64,000 nt of DNA, from contig OZ241996.1 of NCBI GenBank assembly GCA_965204535.1, positions 704,001-768,000 of the forward strand. Reading direction: 5' to 3'. The notes below the pieces were generated by a model, which worked only from the letters and a program-made list of their open reading frames with translations, made no database searches and was not told the origin of the DNA. Below, piece by piece: positions 10,763 to 20,727 of the stretch. Source of the stretch: a bacterium (lineage in GTDB: Bacteria; UBA8248). The position numbers were made by a program, and so were the translations under genes. Each line of letters opens with the position of its first letter. Position 1 is the stretch's first letter.

Positions 10763-11719
10763 GTGTCATCCTTGGCCGAACATGTGATTGCGCAAATCCC
10801 CGACAACATCCAGTGGGGTTATTATGACGCCGACCTTTCTCCGGTTCTCACCGTCGCTTCAGGCGATGTGCTCGAAATTCACACCGAGCCGGGGATCAGG
10901 ACTCTTGAATCTCCGATATGGGAAAGAGCTTCTGAAAATCTGCGAGAAATCGCCGAGCGCGGTAAGAGGGACCTGGGCGGTCATATCCTCACCGGACCCA
11001 TCGCTGTCGAAGGAGCTGTGGCGGGGGATGTCCTGGAAGTGAGATTTCTGGAAATCTGGCCGCGCTATGATTGGGGTTTTAACGTCATTCGGCCCCTGGC
11101 GGGCGGCTTGCCCGAGGATTTTCCGTATTCGAGAACGGTAATCGTGGAAATAGACAAAGAAGCGAATACGGGGGACTGGGGCGCAGGCGTGAAAGTGCCG
11201 CTCAGGCCTTATTTCGGCAACTTCGGCGTAGCACCACCGAGCGATTTCGGCCGTGTTCCATCCACTCCGCCGGGAATCTGGGGCGGAAACATGGACAACA
11301 AGGAATTTATTGCAGGTTCTCGCGTCTATCTTCCCGTATTTCACGATGGTGCTTTGTTCGCCATAGGTGACGGACACGGATGTCAGGGGGACGGGGAAAG
11401 CTGTCTCTCCGCCCTGGAATGCGGCATGTCCGCGAAAATTGAACTCATCGTCCGAAAGGATTTGAGTCTGAAAATGCCCCGCGCCGAGACACCGACTCAT
11501 CATATCCTCATGGGGTTCGATCCGATTCTCGATAATGCAGCCAAAATGGCGCTCAGGGAGACGATTCGGTTTTTAGGGGAATTGCGCGGCATGAGCAAAG
11601 ATGATGCGTATACACTGTGCAGTCTGGCGGTGGATTTGCGTATCACGCAGATTGTGAACGGGGTCAAAGGCGTTCACGCGATGTTGCCGAAGAGTATTCT
11701 TGATGAAGGAGTGTGTTGA
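10763..11719 (+). CDS. Acetamidase/formamidase family protein (copy 2)
   Basis: HILTGPI, GGNMDNKE, GDGHGCQGDGE. Confidence 0.9.
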   Translation: MSSLAEHVIAQIPDNIQWGYYDADLSPVLTVASGDVLEIHTEPGIRTLESPIWERASENLREIAERGKRDLGGHILTGPIAVEGAVAGDVLEVRFLEIWPRYDWGFNVIRPLAGGLPEDFPYSRTVIVEIDKEANTGDWGAGVKVPLRPYFGNFGVAPPSDFGRVPSTPPGIWGGNMDNKEFIAGSRVYLPVFHDGALFAIGDGHGCQGDGESCLSALECGMSAKIELIVRKDLSLKMPRAETPTHHILMGFDPILDNAAKMALRETIRFLGELRGMSKDDAYTLCSLAVDLRITQIVNGVKGVHAMLPKSILDEGVC

Positions 11720-12654
11720 TGGCGACTCATGAATTGATTGCAAACCCGGATACCGTCCATTGGGGCTATTATGACGCCTCCCTGGAGCCTGTGATGCGCA
11801 TTCGCTCGGGCGACACGCTGGAGGTTCATACGGAATCGGGACGCGAGGAATATCTGGCGGAACTCGGGGACCGGGCGTCCCAAAATTTGAGAAACATCAT
11901 CGCGCAGGTTTCCCAGGAGCTTGGCCCCCATATCATGACGGGTCCTGTGGCTGTAGAAAGCGCGCAGCCCGGAGACGTGCTGGAAGTCCGCATCCACGAG
12001 GTCAAGACGCGCTATGACTGGGGATATAATACCATCCGGCCGATGATGGGGGGATTGCCGGAGGATTTTCCGTATACGCGCACCGTCATCGTGGACCTCG
12101 ATCTGGAAGCGCAAACGGGGGACTGGGGCGCGGGCGTCAGGGTGCCATTGAGGCCTTATTTCGGCAACTTCGGCGTGGCGCCCCCGCCTGCCGTAGGCCG
12201 TGTGGGGAGCTATCCTCCAAGTGCGTGGGGCGGGAATTTGGACAACAAAGAACTCATCTCGGGTTCTGTCGTCTATTTCCCGATTTTTAACGAGGGTGCT
12301 CTGTTTTCCGTAGGCGATGGGCACGGCTGCCAGGGAGACGGGGAAGCCTGTTTGACGGCTATCGAAACGGGTCTCTCGGGGACGATGGAAATCATCGTCA
12401 GAAAGGATATGCAACTCGATAATCCCCGGGCGGAAACCGACACGCATTATATCCTGATGGGCTTTGACCCTATTCTCGATAACGCGGCCAAAATGGCGCT
12501 GCGTGAGACGATTAAATTTCTGGGAGAGTTGCGCGGCATGAGCAGAGATGATGCATATACACTTTGCAGTCTTGCCGTGGACTTGCGGGTCACGCAAATT
12601 GTAAACGGCGTGAAGGGAGTTCACGCCATGCTGCCGAAATCATTGTTTACATGA
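11719..12654 (+). CDS. Acetamidase/formamidase family protein (copy 3)
   Basis: HIMTGPV, GGNLDNKE, GDGHGCQGDGE; TGATG overlap with copy 2. Confidence 0.9.
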   Translation: MATHELIANPDTVHWGYYDASLEPVMRIRSGDTLEVHTESGREEYLAELGDRASQNLRNIIAQVSQELGPHIMTGPVAVESAQPGDVLEVRIHEVKTRYDWGYNTIRPMMGGLPEDFPYTRTVIVDLDLEAQTGDWGAGVRVPLRPYFGNFGVAPPPAVGRVGSYPPSAWGGNLDNKELISGSVVYFPIFNEGALFSVGDGHGCQGDGEACLTAIETGLSGTMEIIVRKDMQLDNPRAETDTHYILMGFDPILDNAAKMALRETIKFLGELRGMSRDDAYTLCSLAVDLRVTQIVNGVKGVHAMLPKSLFT

Positions 12655-12689
12655 TTCACGTGCTTGTTTTCTCATGGGAGGGTTAGAAG

Positions 12690-13052
12690 ATGAGCGAAAA
12701 TGCGACTGGAAGTAGGCCGCCATACATTCCCGGAACGCCTGAGGAGTTGGATGCCGTAATCGCGGCCCCTAACAACCATGAAATAATTTTTGAAAACGAA
12801 AGAGTCCGCGTTTTGCGGGTGACGATTCAGCCGGGCGAGCTTGAAAAAGAGCACACGCACAAATGGGAAAGCGTATTCACTATCATGAGTTTTCCGAAAC
12901 TCACCTATTACAATGAAAAGGGCGAGGCTTGCGCCATAAGCGAAGACCGCAAAGAAGGTGTTCCTTTCTGGCTGGGGAGGGAGGGTTTGCATGCCGTAGA
13001 GAACCATGGAGACAAACCCTTGGAAGCAATTCGCGTCGAGATCAAAGACTAG
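12690..13052 (+). CDS. Cupin domain protein
   Basis: FENERVRVL, HTH...H cupin metal ligands. Confidence 0.75.
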   Translation: MSENATGSRPPYIPGTPEELDAVIAAPNNHEIIFENERVRVLRVTIQPGELEKEHTHKWESVFTIMSFPKLTYYNEKGEACAISEDRKEGVPFWLGREGLHAVENHGDKPLEAIRVEIKD

Positions 13053-13162
13053 CTTTGAGCATTTGGCGATTTTAGGCGCCTGGAATGTTTTCCCGCTAAA
13101 AGGGGCAGTAAGCCTGAAACGCGTCTCTTGAGAATTTCATCGTATTTATTAGGGAGTAATGA

Positions 13163-14284
13163 ATGAACACCGAAAATGGAAAAAAAGCACCAATAGGTTT
13201 GGCCATCATAGGCTGTGGAACGATCGGTAGAATTCGTGCTGAATTCGCCCGTGATTATCCGGGCGTCGAATGGCTGGGCCTTTGTGACATCAACGAGAAA
13301 GTGGGAAAAAAACTCGCCGATGAAACGAATGCCGATTTTTTCACTACGGACTACAAAGAGCTGTTGGCCCGACCGGAGGTGACCGCTTCCATTATCGCCA
13401 CAGAGGAAAACGAGCACGTAGGTCCCATACTGGCCTCTGTGGATGGGGGCCACGATATGTTCATTGAAAAGCCGCTGGCGACGAACGCAGCCGATTCGGC
13501 CCGGGTTCTCAAAGCCATCGAAGACGCAGGTCTGGATGCGGTTATTGGCTATACCCAGCGTTTCAGGAGGCGGTTTCTGGTCGCCAAGGAAAAAATTCGC
13601 ACCGGTCAGCTCGGCGATGTCACCACGGTCGTCACGAGAGCCTTCATGAACCGGCTGGTGCCCATTGCCACGGTGGAGAAAACGGAATACCGCGGCATCC
13701 TCACGCCGATGGTCGTCTCGGGGACGCACAGCCTCGATATCTGCATGTGGCTGATGGACGGGAAAACGCCCGTAGAAATCTATGCGCGCTCGATGGATAA
13801 GGCGCTTGGCGCATCTTACGGCACCAAGGACGCGACCCTTGGAATCTTCACCTTTGATGACGGCACGATATGGAGCATGAATATCTCATGGGCCCTGCCG
13901 ACGGTCTGGCCAGGCTCCGTCTATAGTCTGGAAATCGGCATCGTGGGCACAGAGGGCGTTCTCACCATCGACGACACCCATAGAGACTTGGTTCTTGCCA
14001 GTGAAAATGCGCAACCGGCAGGCTATACGCCCGATGTGAAGCGAAACGTGGATTTTCTGACGAGTTATCCGCCTGGAGACGTTGTATTTGAACAACTCTG
14101 GGGCCCGATGCGCGAAGAAACCAACGCCTGGTTCGGGCGCATCTTCACAGGATTGGAAACGCCGCACGCCACTGTGCAGGATGGTCACAGAAACCTCCTG
14201 CTCACAATGGCAATGGACGTTTCCGCGCAACGAAAAGAGCCGGTCGCGTTGCCCATGTCTATCAGTGAGTACGAGGAATTATAG
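13163..14284 (+). CDS. Gfo/Idh/MocA family oxidoreductase
   Basis: IIGCGTIG Rossmann motif, EKP, HSLD. Confidence 0.9.
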   Translation: MNTENGKKAPIGLAIIGCGTIGRIRAEFARDYPGVEWLGLCDINEKVGKKLADETNADFFTTDYKELLARPEVTASIIATEENEHVGPILASVDGGHDMFIEKPLATNAADSARVLKAIEDAGLDAVIGYTQRFRRRFLVAKEKIRTGQLGDVTTVVTRAFMNRLVPIATVEKTEYRGILTPMVVSGTHSLDICMWLMDGKTPVEIYARSMDKALGASYGTKDATLGIFTFDDGTIWSMNISWALPTVWPGSVYSLEIGIVGTEGVLTIDDTHRDLVLASENAQPAGYTPDVKRNVDFLTSYPPGDVVFEQLWGPMREETNAWFGRIFTGLETPHATVQDGHRNLLLTMAMDVSAQRKEPVALPMSISEYEEL

Positions 14285-14312
14285 GTTTTACGACGAACGG
14301 AGAGGATTGCAC

Positions 14313-14711
14313 ATGCCTTTTTATGAAATTGATGGAATGAAGGAGAGCAACAGCAAGACGAATCCCAAAGTCAGGGCGAAAAGTGTTGTGGGTGAGTTCA
14401 TGAAGGTGGGCATTGTGACAAAGCCGGAAGGGGAGGGACCTCCGCTCCACATGCACCCGAACGAAGAGCAGTTCACGCTTATTCTGGATGGCAAGCTGCA
14501 CTATATACTCGGGGAGGAAGACAAGATCGTGGAGCGTGGAGACTTGATTCACATCCCCAGGTATACGAACCACAGAAGCCGAGCCGTTGATGGCGAAGCC
14601 ACTTTCTTCACCGTGAAATTTCCGGCCGGAACGGGGGAGTTGGATGAGGATTACAATTTGGCGCAAGGGGCCGAGGAAGCAGAAAAGAAATATCCCGGTG
14701 CCTCGGCATAA
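14313..14711 (+). CDS. Cupin domain protein
   Basis: HMHPNEEQ...GDLIHIP...H; ATG after a GAGG RBS. Confidence 0.8.
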   Translation: MPFYEIDGMKESNSKTNPKVRAKSVVGEFMKVGIVTKPEGEGPPLHMHPNEEQFTLILDGKLHYILGEEDKIVERGDLIHIPRYTNHRSRAVDGEATFFTVKFPAGTGELDEDYNLAQGAEEAEKKYPGASA

Positions 14712-14734
14712 CATGAGATTGGATAATTGTTTCT

Positions 14735-15193
14735 ATGAGAGAAAAACATTTTGAGGATTTCAAGACTGGCGAGAAGTTTCATACGAAAGAGAAAACGCTT
14801 TCCACGGAAGAAATCATAGAATTCGCCGAGTTGTACGACCCCCAGCCGTTCCATATTGATGAAAAAGCGGCGGCTGAGTCTCCATACGGTGGGATCATCG
14901 CCAGTGGCTTTCATACTATCGGGACCTCGTTTCGCTTGTTCATTGACACGGGCGTTATCGGGACCACGGGCATGGGTTCGCCCGGCATGGATTCCATCCG
15001 CTGGCTAAAGCCCGTTCGTCCCGGAGACACGTTGCGGGTCGAAGCGGAAGTCATTGAGACAAGAGCGTCCCGCTCGGAGGCTGGACGCGGGATTGTCCTC
15101 ATGGAATTCAGGACATACAACCAGGAAAACGACCTGGTGCTTTCGATGCGATCCGTGAATTTGGTGCGCAGAAGAAATAGCGCAAATATATAG
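14735..15193 (+). CDS. MaoC family dehydratase
   Basis: FEDF, YDPQPFHID, GIIASGFHT, PVRPGD. Confidence 0.9.
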   Translation: MREKHFEDFKTGEKFHTKEKTLSTEEIIEFAELYDPQPFHIDEKAAAESPYGGIIASGFHTIGTSFRLFIDTGVIGTTGMGSPGMDSIRWLKPVRPGDTLRVEAEVIETRASRSEAGRGIVLMEFRTYNQENDLVLSMRSVNLVRRRNSANI

Positions 15194-15323
15194 GCAAAAG
15201 GCTGGTGCCATGTTCGCACATGACGCTAGTGGTAAAGCAAAAAAGAAGCCTTTTTCTCGTCGACTATCAATAAACGGAAGTTACTAGACCTTCGCTCCAG
15301 TAGTTGGTCAAAATTCCCGATGA

Positions 15324-15977
15324 TTAGTGATGGGCATGCGTCATCGCCGCCATGATCGCCTGTTCGATTTCCTGAATCGCTCCACTGACTTCACGTCCGA
15401 TGAGGTCCAGCTTACGGATCTGATCGATACGGGGACGTATCCGACTAATCTCCCTGTCGGAAAATACGTCACGCAGAATGTTGCATGCATCGGCAAGACA
15501 GATTAGAGCGACATCTTTGGGATCCGGAGTTTCATCCGAAAGTAACACGCCGGTGATGCGCAGCTTCACTTCGCGCTCGGCGCGACCATCGATCGTCGGG
15601 TATCTCCGCGCCCGGAAGACCCATAAGAACTTTTCTTCCTGGGATTCCAGAATACCGTTATCGACCAGACCGGACAGGGATTGCTCGCGGATTTCTGTGG
15701 CCTCTCGGGAAATCGTTTCAATCCAGGCCTTGGCATCCCTGGTTTCGTCGGAAGCCGCTATGTTTTCGAGAATCCGATCATGCGGCGAGTGGCCGATCGG
15801 GGTTTTGTCCAGAACCATCAACTGGCTGGGATCGGTGTCGATGCGGTTTGCAAACGCCAGATCCATGAGAACGGCGCCCGCTAGCACATATCCCATCGTG
15901 CTTTCGCGAATGGGAAGAAACGAACCTTTCTCGTCATCGAGCATCAGCAATAAGATTTCATCGACAAATGTCAGCAT
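15324..15977 (-). CDS. GPP34 (GOLPH3/Vps74-like) family protein
   Basis: LTFVDEILLL, LAGAVLMDL, KFLWVF..RRYP pattern. Confidence 0.8.
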   Translation of the reverse strand: MLTFVDEILLLMLDDEKGSFLPIRESTMGYVLAGAVLMDLAFANRIDTDPSQLMVLDKTPIGHSPHDRILENIAASDETRDAKAWIETISREATEIREQSLSGLVDNGILESQEEKFLWVFRARRYPTIDGRAEREVKLRITGVLLSDETPDPKDVALICLADACNILRDVFSDREISRIRPRIDQIRKLDLIGREVSGAIQEIEQAIMAAMTHAHH

Positions 15978-15988
15978 GGAGCGCTCCT

Positions 15989-16327
15989 TTATGAAGCCGC
16001 CGCAAGGGCTGCCTCACGAGTATCGTGGCAATCGATGACAGTATGAAAACCGCTGGTTTCTATCACTGACTTGCAATCGGGCTGTAGCGCGCAGATCATC
16101 AACTTGCCCCCGTTTTGCTGGCATTTTCTGGCGCTCGTGAGAAATATGCGCAGCCCGGCGCTGCTGACATATGTCATTCCTGCACAATCGAACAAGACAT
16201 GCGCATCACCACGGTTGACGATTTCCGAAATCCGGTTTTCCAACTCCGGGGCGGTGGTACCGTCTACACGCCCCTCAATCGCAACGATGACAACAGAATC
16301 CAGCTTTTCTTCCCCGATGTTCATCAT
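15989..16327 (-). CDS. STAS domain protein / anti-sigma factor antagonist
   Basis: GRVD, YVSSAGLR phosphorylation-site motif; start at MMNIGEE. Confidence 0.88.
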   Translation of the reverse strand: MMNIGEEKLDSVVIVAIEGRVDGTTAPELENRISEIVNRGDAHVLFDCAGMTYVSSAGLRIFLTSARKCQQNGGKLMICALQPDCKSVIETSGFHTVIDCHDTREAALAAAS

Positions 16328-16496
16328 GTCGTGGAATTCTCCTCGATGGAGTGAATATCCAGTATTTTTATACAACTTTAGCCCAAGGCCTGACCTTCCG
16401 CAACTTGTTTTTTCCTCCTGCCAGGCTCGTGCGTAATTTTTTGCATGGAAATGAAGGGTTGATTCCAGAGGTTTTTCGTGGAGCTGCCCAAATACC

Positions 16497-17393
16497 TTAT
16501 CCGTTGAAAATCAGGGTAACCGTGCCCGTAAAAATTGCGAGCGCGCCCGCCACGACGCGCCAGTTCATTCTCTCTTCTGATTGAAGAAAAGCCCATGAAA
16601 TAGCGATGGCGAACAAAGGCCTTGATTGCGCGATGGGGAATGCGTAGACGACGGGCGCATTCGCCAACGCGAGATATAAAAACGTAACACCGAGGCTAGC
16701 GGATAGGCCGGCCAGAACGAGGAACCCCCAGTTATTCGGAGTCCAGCTTTTGATTTCGCCAATTTTTCCTTTGCGGAAAAGGAAAGGCAAAAAAGCCGCT
16801 ACCGCGAAAATGTTGGAATAGAAGTTCGCCTCGTTGGCTGAGGTGAAGAACCCCACCGCGGGTCGCACAAGCACTGCGGCTGCTCCGAAGGCCAGCGCGC
16901 AGCCGAGCGCCAATCCCATTCCGATATACAGGTTTTTAGGGGATTCACCCCCCTGGTGATTGGGATGACTCCTGGCGATGAAGAGGTAGCCGACAAACAC
17001 GAGCAGGGCGCCCAGCCCGATAGTGACCGTGAGCGCCTCTCCCAGCAAGGCGACGCCGAAGAATACGGCGAATATCATATTCGTCGCGACGATGGTGCTC
17101 GTGCGCGCGGACCCGATGTGCTGCGTGGCGGCGAAGAGCATGGTGCGCGCAAAGCAGACCCTGAAAATTCCCGCGATGGCGATGAATAGAAGAGGCCAGC
17201 CCAAGCCCGGCCAGGGATCTGAAAAATCTCCCCTCAAAACAGAGACAATCCAGAGAACGGGCAGGCCGATGATGGCGGTAAAGGCCGTTCCGGTGATGGG
17301 GTCTATGCCACGAACTGCAAAGCGTCCGAAGATATCCCTTAGCGCAAGCAAAATTGCTGATATGAGGGCATATACGGCGGCTGTCTCAAACAC
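16497..17393 (-). CDS. DMT/EamA family transporter
   Basis: About 10 hydrophobic segments in two repeats with LLGE and LQSEE motifs. Confidence 0.85.
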   Translation of the reverse strand: MFETAAVYALISAILLALRDIFGRFAVRGIDPITGTAFTAIIGLPVLWIVSVLRGDFSDPWPGLGWPLLFIAIAGIFRVCFARTMLFAATQHIGSARTSTIVATNMIFAVFFGVALLGEALTVTIGLGALLVFVGYLFIARSHPNHQGGESPKNLYIGMGLALGCALAFGAAAVLVRPAVGFFTSANEANFYSNIFAVAAFLPFLFRKGKIGEIKSWTPNNWGFLVLAGLSASLGVTFLYLALANAPVVYAFPIAQSRPLFAIAISWAFLQSEERMNWRVVAGALAIFTGTVTLIFNG

Positions 17394-17445
17394 GCCCCCA
17401 TTATAGAAAAGTATGTAGGCCCATCAAAGCGCTTTGGCCTGAGCA

Positions 17446-18420
17446 CTAAATACTTAGAGCCGGAGCAGGGTGCTGCACGCGATCGAGAATGAAGTCGGCC
17501 ATCAGCGGCCAAGGGTCGAAACCGATGAGATTTTGCGCATCGTCCACGAAATTGGAGAGCGCATTGATGTCATAATAATATATTTCTCCATCCTTGTCGC
17601 TGACCAGATATTCTACGCCGCCGACCTCTATCCCGGCTGTTTGCATGATTTTCTCGACTGTATCGATTACCTCTCTCGGTGGTGTGACCTTCTCAATCAA
17701 AGCGTTTCTGCCGTTCACCCCGCATGCGACCTCCTCGTTGCGGCGGCAGTAACTGCCCGGGCAGAGATTAAAGGAATTCGGGTCCACCAACGCCAGTTGA
17801 ATCGCATAAAGGAACTTGCTGTTCAAAACTTCGACCCGGACGATTTGATCTCCACGCGGCGGGATGTATTCCTGAACGAGCGCCACATTGTCGATGCCGA
17901 AATCGATGCGCGCTTCATCCGCCGCTCGTTGGAGTTCTTCAGGCGTGTCGTATTTTTGTATGCCGGCTCCGCTTCCCCCGATATTCGCTTTCGTGATGAT
18001 GGGAAAACTGAACCCCTCGGCCGCCGCCGGAGCCTGGGAGGGGTGGTTGATCACCCGTGACCTCGGGTGGTTGGCGCCCAGACTGTTAAGCAGACGGGTT
18101 TGACGCACTTTTGAGAATTCATGGAGATAGGCCTTGTAGCCGTTGATCACATTGGCGCCAATCGCCTTGAGGTGCGCGCAATACTCGAGTGTGTAGGGAA
18201 TCGCATGGGTATGCCCGCGCGCCCATGCAGACGGACTCATCCTGTTTACAATCAGCGTATAAGGCGATTCGGTTTCGGTTGGATCGAAGCGATGGTTGTG
18301 GGCTTCTATTTTTTCATATGCCACATCCCTTCTGTCGAGTTCCTCGAAAAGCTTTTTGAACCACTCGGGATGTTCATAATAAATGGCGATGGGGCGGGCG
18401 GACCCGTTTCGGTCAGTCAT
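17446..18420 (-). CDS. ATP-grasp ligase (RimK/glutathione synthetase-like)
   Basis: FPIITKANIGGSGAGI, LVQEYIP, YDINALSNF. Confidence 0.8.
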   Translation of the reverse strand: MTDRNGSARPIAIYYEHPEWFKKLFEELDRRDVAYEKIEAHNHRFDPTETESPYTLIVNRMSPSAWARGHTHAIPYTLEYCAHLKAIGANVINGYKAYLHEFSKVRQTRLLNSLGANHPRSRVINHPSQAPAAAEGFSFPIITKANIGGSGAGIQKYDTPEELQRAADEARIDFGIDNVALVQEYIPPRGDQIVRVEVLNSKFLYAIQLALVDPNSFNLCPGSYCRRNEEVACGVNGRNALIEKVTPPREVIDTVEKIMQTAGIEVGGVEYLVSDKDGEIYYYDINALSNFVDDAQNLIGFDPWPLMADFILDRVQHPAPALSI

Positions 18421-18869
18421 GGGAGCGCATTCTCCTCGAATTTTAGGGTATCGAGCACTTGCTGGATTCGTTCGTCGACGATCTCGATCATCTTGGGATG
18501 GAAGCCGAGATGCGGGCCCAAAATGATGTCGATATCCGGGTATTTCCTCCGGCCTTCATTGATGAAGGCGGGCAAATCTTCTTTTACGTGATTGCCCCTG
18601 AAAAGAAAGTAAGGGATGACGATGATTCTTTCAGCTCCTTTCGCTACGCACAAGTCGATTCCCTCTGGAATGGAGGGGTGGCTGATCTCCAGGAATGCGG
18701 CCTTCAATATGCGATGCGGCCATGCTTTTTGAAAATGGTCCACGACGCGGAAAAGCGCTTCGTTGGCGTTTTGTGCGCGGCTGCCGTGACCGACGAGCAA
18801 AACAGCGATTTTCACCTGATCTTCGGACGCCTCGTCCAAAAATTCCAATTGTTTTTCTAGGCCAGGCAT
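18417..18869 (-). CDS. Sirohydrochlorin chelatase (SirB/CbiX family)
   Basis: LVGHGSR, AFLE, PYFLFRGNHVKEDLP. Confidence 0.88.
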   Translation of the reverse strand: MPGLEKQLEFLDEASEDQVKIAVLLVGHGSRAQNANEALFRVVDHFQKAWPHRILKAAFLEISHPSIPEGIDLCVAKGAERIIVIPYFLFRGNHVKEDLPAFINEGRRKYPDIDIILGPHLGFHPKMIEIVDERIQQVLDTLKFEENALP

Positions 18870-20659
18870 TCGCCTTCTCCTCTCTCCAGAACGTATTGCC
18901 TGTCCTGACTCCAGTCGATGAACAAATCAGAATCGGGCTCGTCATTGAACTGACCGGCAAGGTGAAACTCGTGCAATAAGTCTTCAAAGGACGCATTGCC
19001 CACACGATCCAAAAACTCGTTGAATCGCTCGCCCTCGCTTCTGTTTTCCTGGTAGTGGGACAACATTTTCTTGAGCGCGGCGGGAACGCGTTTTGCGGGA
19101 ATCCGAACCTGAATGCGTTTGCCGATGCGGATTTCTCCATCGGTACTATCGTATTGGCCACCTAGGAAAATTTCATAAGCGGGCAGCATCACGCCGTTCG
19201 CTTTGAGCGTCCCCCCGTGAAAGCCGATGTTGGCGATGTGGTGTTGTCCGCAAGAATTCGGGCAACCGCTCATCTTGATGTGCATCTCCCGCGTGAGAGG
19301 ATCCCGATCAATCTCATGAAGTGTTTCGCGTATGGCGTTGGCCAAGCCCATGGACGAGGTGATGCCGAGTTTGCATGAATCCGTTCCCGGGCAGGAAACC
19401 ACGTCGGATATCTCCCGTGCGCCTTTTTCGGCGAGCCCGATTCTTTGAAGCTCTTTCCAGAGGGGATAAAGTTCGCCTTCGCGCACCCACCTGAGCACGA
19501 GGTTTTGCTCGAAACTCGTCCTTGCGCGTCCTCTCGCGAAACGTCGGGTGAGGTCGGCTAGGGCGAAGAACTGATCCGTATGGATGTTCCCCAATGGGAG
19601 TTTTACATCAACGGCGAAGTAGCCTTCTTGCCTCTGCGCGGTGACGTTCGTTTTTCTCCAGGCGTAATAATCCGCCGAGTCGCCATTCGGGCTTGCCCCC
19701 GCCCCGTTCAGGGTGTTCAAGACGGGGGGGGCGTCGGTTTCTTCGTCATCATTCCAAAGGTAGGGTTCAGGACTGACGGGTTCTTTCGCCCAATCTTTTT
19801 TGAGCTCTTCTTCGACGCGTTCTCGCAGCCCGTCTATCCCTATCCAGCTTACGAGGAACTTGATGCGCGCCTTGAAGCGGGATTTGCGAAGTTCAGTCGC
19901 CTGGTCGAAAACCCGGATGAGGGCTTCACTCACCCTCAGGAAATCGGATACCGGAACGAACTCGTAAAGCACCTCGGCGGTACGCGCGAAGGTAGCGAGG
20001 CCGCCACCGACGAGCATCTTGAAACCGTGTACGGGAGTTCCTTCCATCTCCTTGATAACGGGGATGAAACCGATGTCATGAATTCCGCCGCCGACGCAGT
20101 CCGAACCACAACTGGAGAACGCCACCTTGAATTTGCGCGGCAGGTCCTGGGTAAAATCCTTACGGACGAAGTAACGCGCGAATGCGCCTGCGTAGGGCGT
20201 GGCGTCGAAAACCTGGTCCTTGCAAACACCCGCATAGGGACAGCCAGTGACGTTTCTCACGCAATTTCCACATGCTTCCCGCGTGGTAAGTCCCACTTCG
20301 CCCAGAAGCCTCAGGACATCGGCGGACTGGTCGAGAGGGACGAAATGAAACTGCACGTTTTCCCGTGTCGTCACATGGCCTTTTCCCAACGGCACGTAAT
20401 CGCGCGATACGCGCCCCAGGGCTTCGAGTTGGGATGCGCTCAGACCGCCGAAAGGGATTTTCACGCGCACCATCTGTGCGTCCGCCTGACGCTGGCCATA
20501 TACGCCGCGCCTGAGGCGATAGGGGAGGAACTCGCCGTTATCGAGCTCCCCATTACGGAATCTGGTGGCTTGTGTTTCGAAATCATCGAATTCTTCGGGG
20601 ATCACAGGAATGACGCCTGTTTCCCGAGACAATGGTTTTCGTGATTCTTCATGCATCAC
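18857..20659 (-). CDS. Siroheme nitrite/sulfite reductase
   Basis: GVYGQRQ, LPRKFK, SCPGTDSCKLG and SGCPNSCGQH Fe-S/siroheme motifs. Confidence 0.92.
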   Translation of the reverse strand: MMHEESRKPLSRETGVIPVIPEEFDDFETQATRFRNGELDNGEFLPYRLRRGVYGQRQADAQMVRVKIPFGGLSASQLEALGRVSRDYVPLGKGHVTTRENVQFHFVPLDQSADVLRLLGEVGLTTREACGNCVRNVTGCPYAGVCKDQVFDATPYAGAFARYFVRKDFTQDLPRKFKVAFSSCGSDCVGGGIHDIGFIPVIKEMEGTPVHGFKMLVGGGLATFARTAEVLYEFVPVSDFLRVSEALIRVFDQATELRKSRFKARIKFLVSWIGIDGLRERVEEELKKDWAKEPVSPEPYLWNDDEETDAPPVLNTLNGAGASPNGDSADYYAWRKTNVTAQRQEGYFAVDVKLPLGNIHTDQFFALADLTRRFARGRARTSFEQNLVLRWVREGELYPLWKELQRIGLAEKGAREISDVVSCPGTDSCKLGITSSMGLANAIRETLHEIDRDPLTREMHIKMSGCPNSCGQHHIANIGFHGGTLKANGVMLPAYEIFLGGQYDSTDGEIRIGKRIQVRIPAKRVPAALKKMLSHYQENRSEGERFNEFLDRVGNASFEDLLHEFHLAGQFNDEPDSDLFIDWSQDRQYVLERGEGECLA

Positions 20660-20727
20660 TTACTCCTTACATGAACAACTGTGCACATATTGGATAATGA
20701 ATTAAGTACCGGGCCAAAGCCCGGCAT

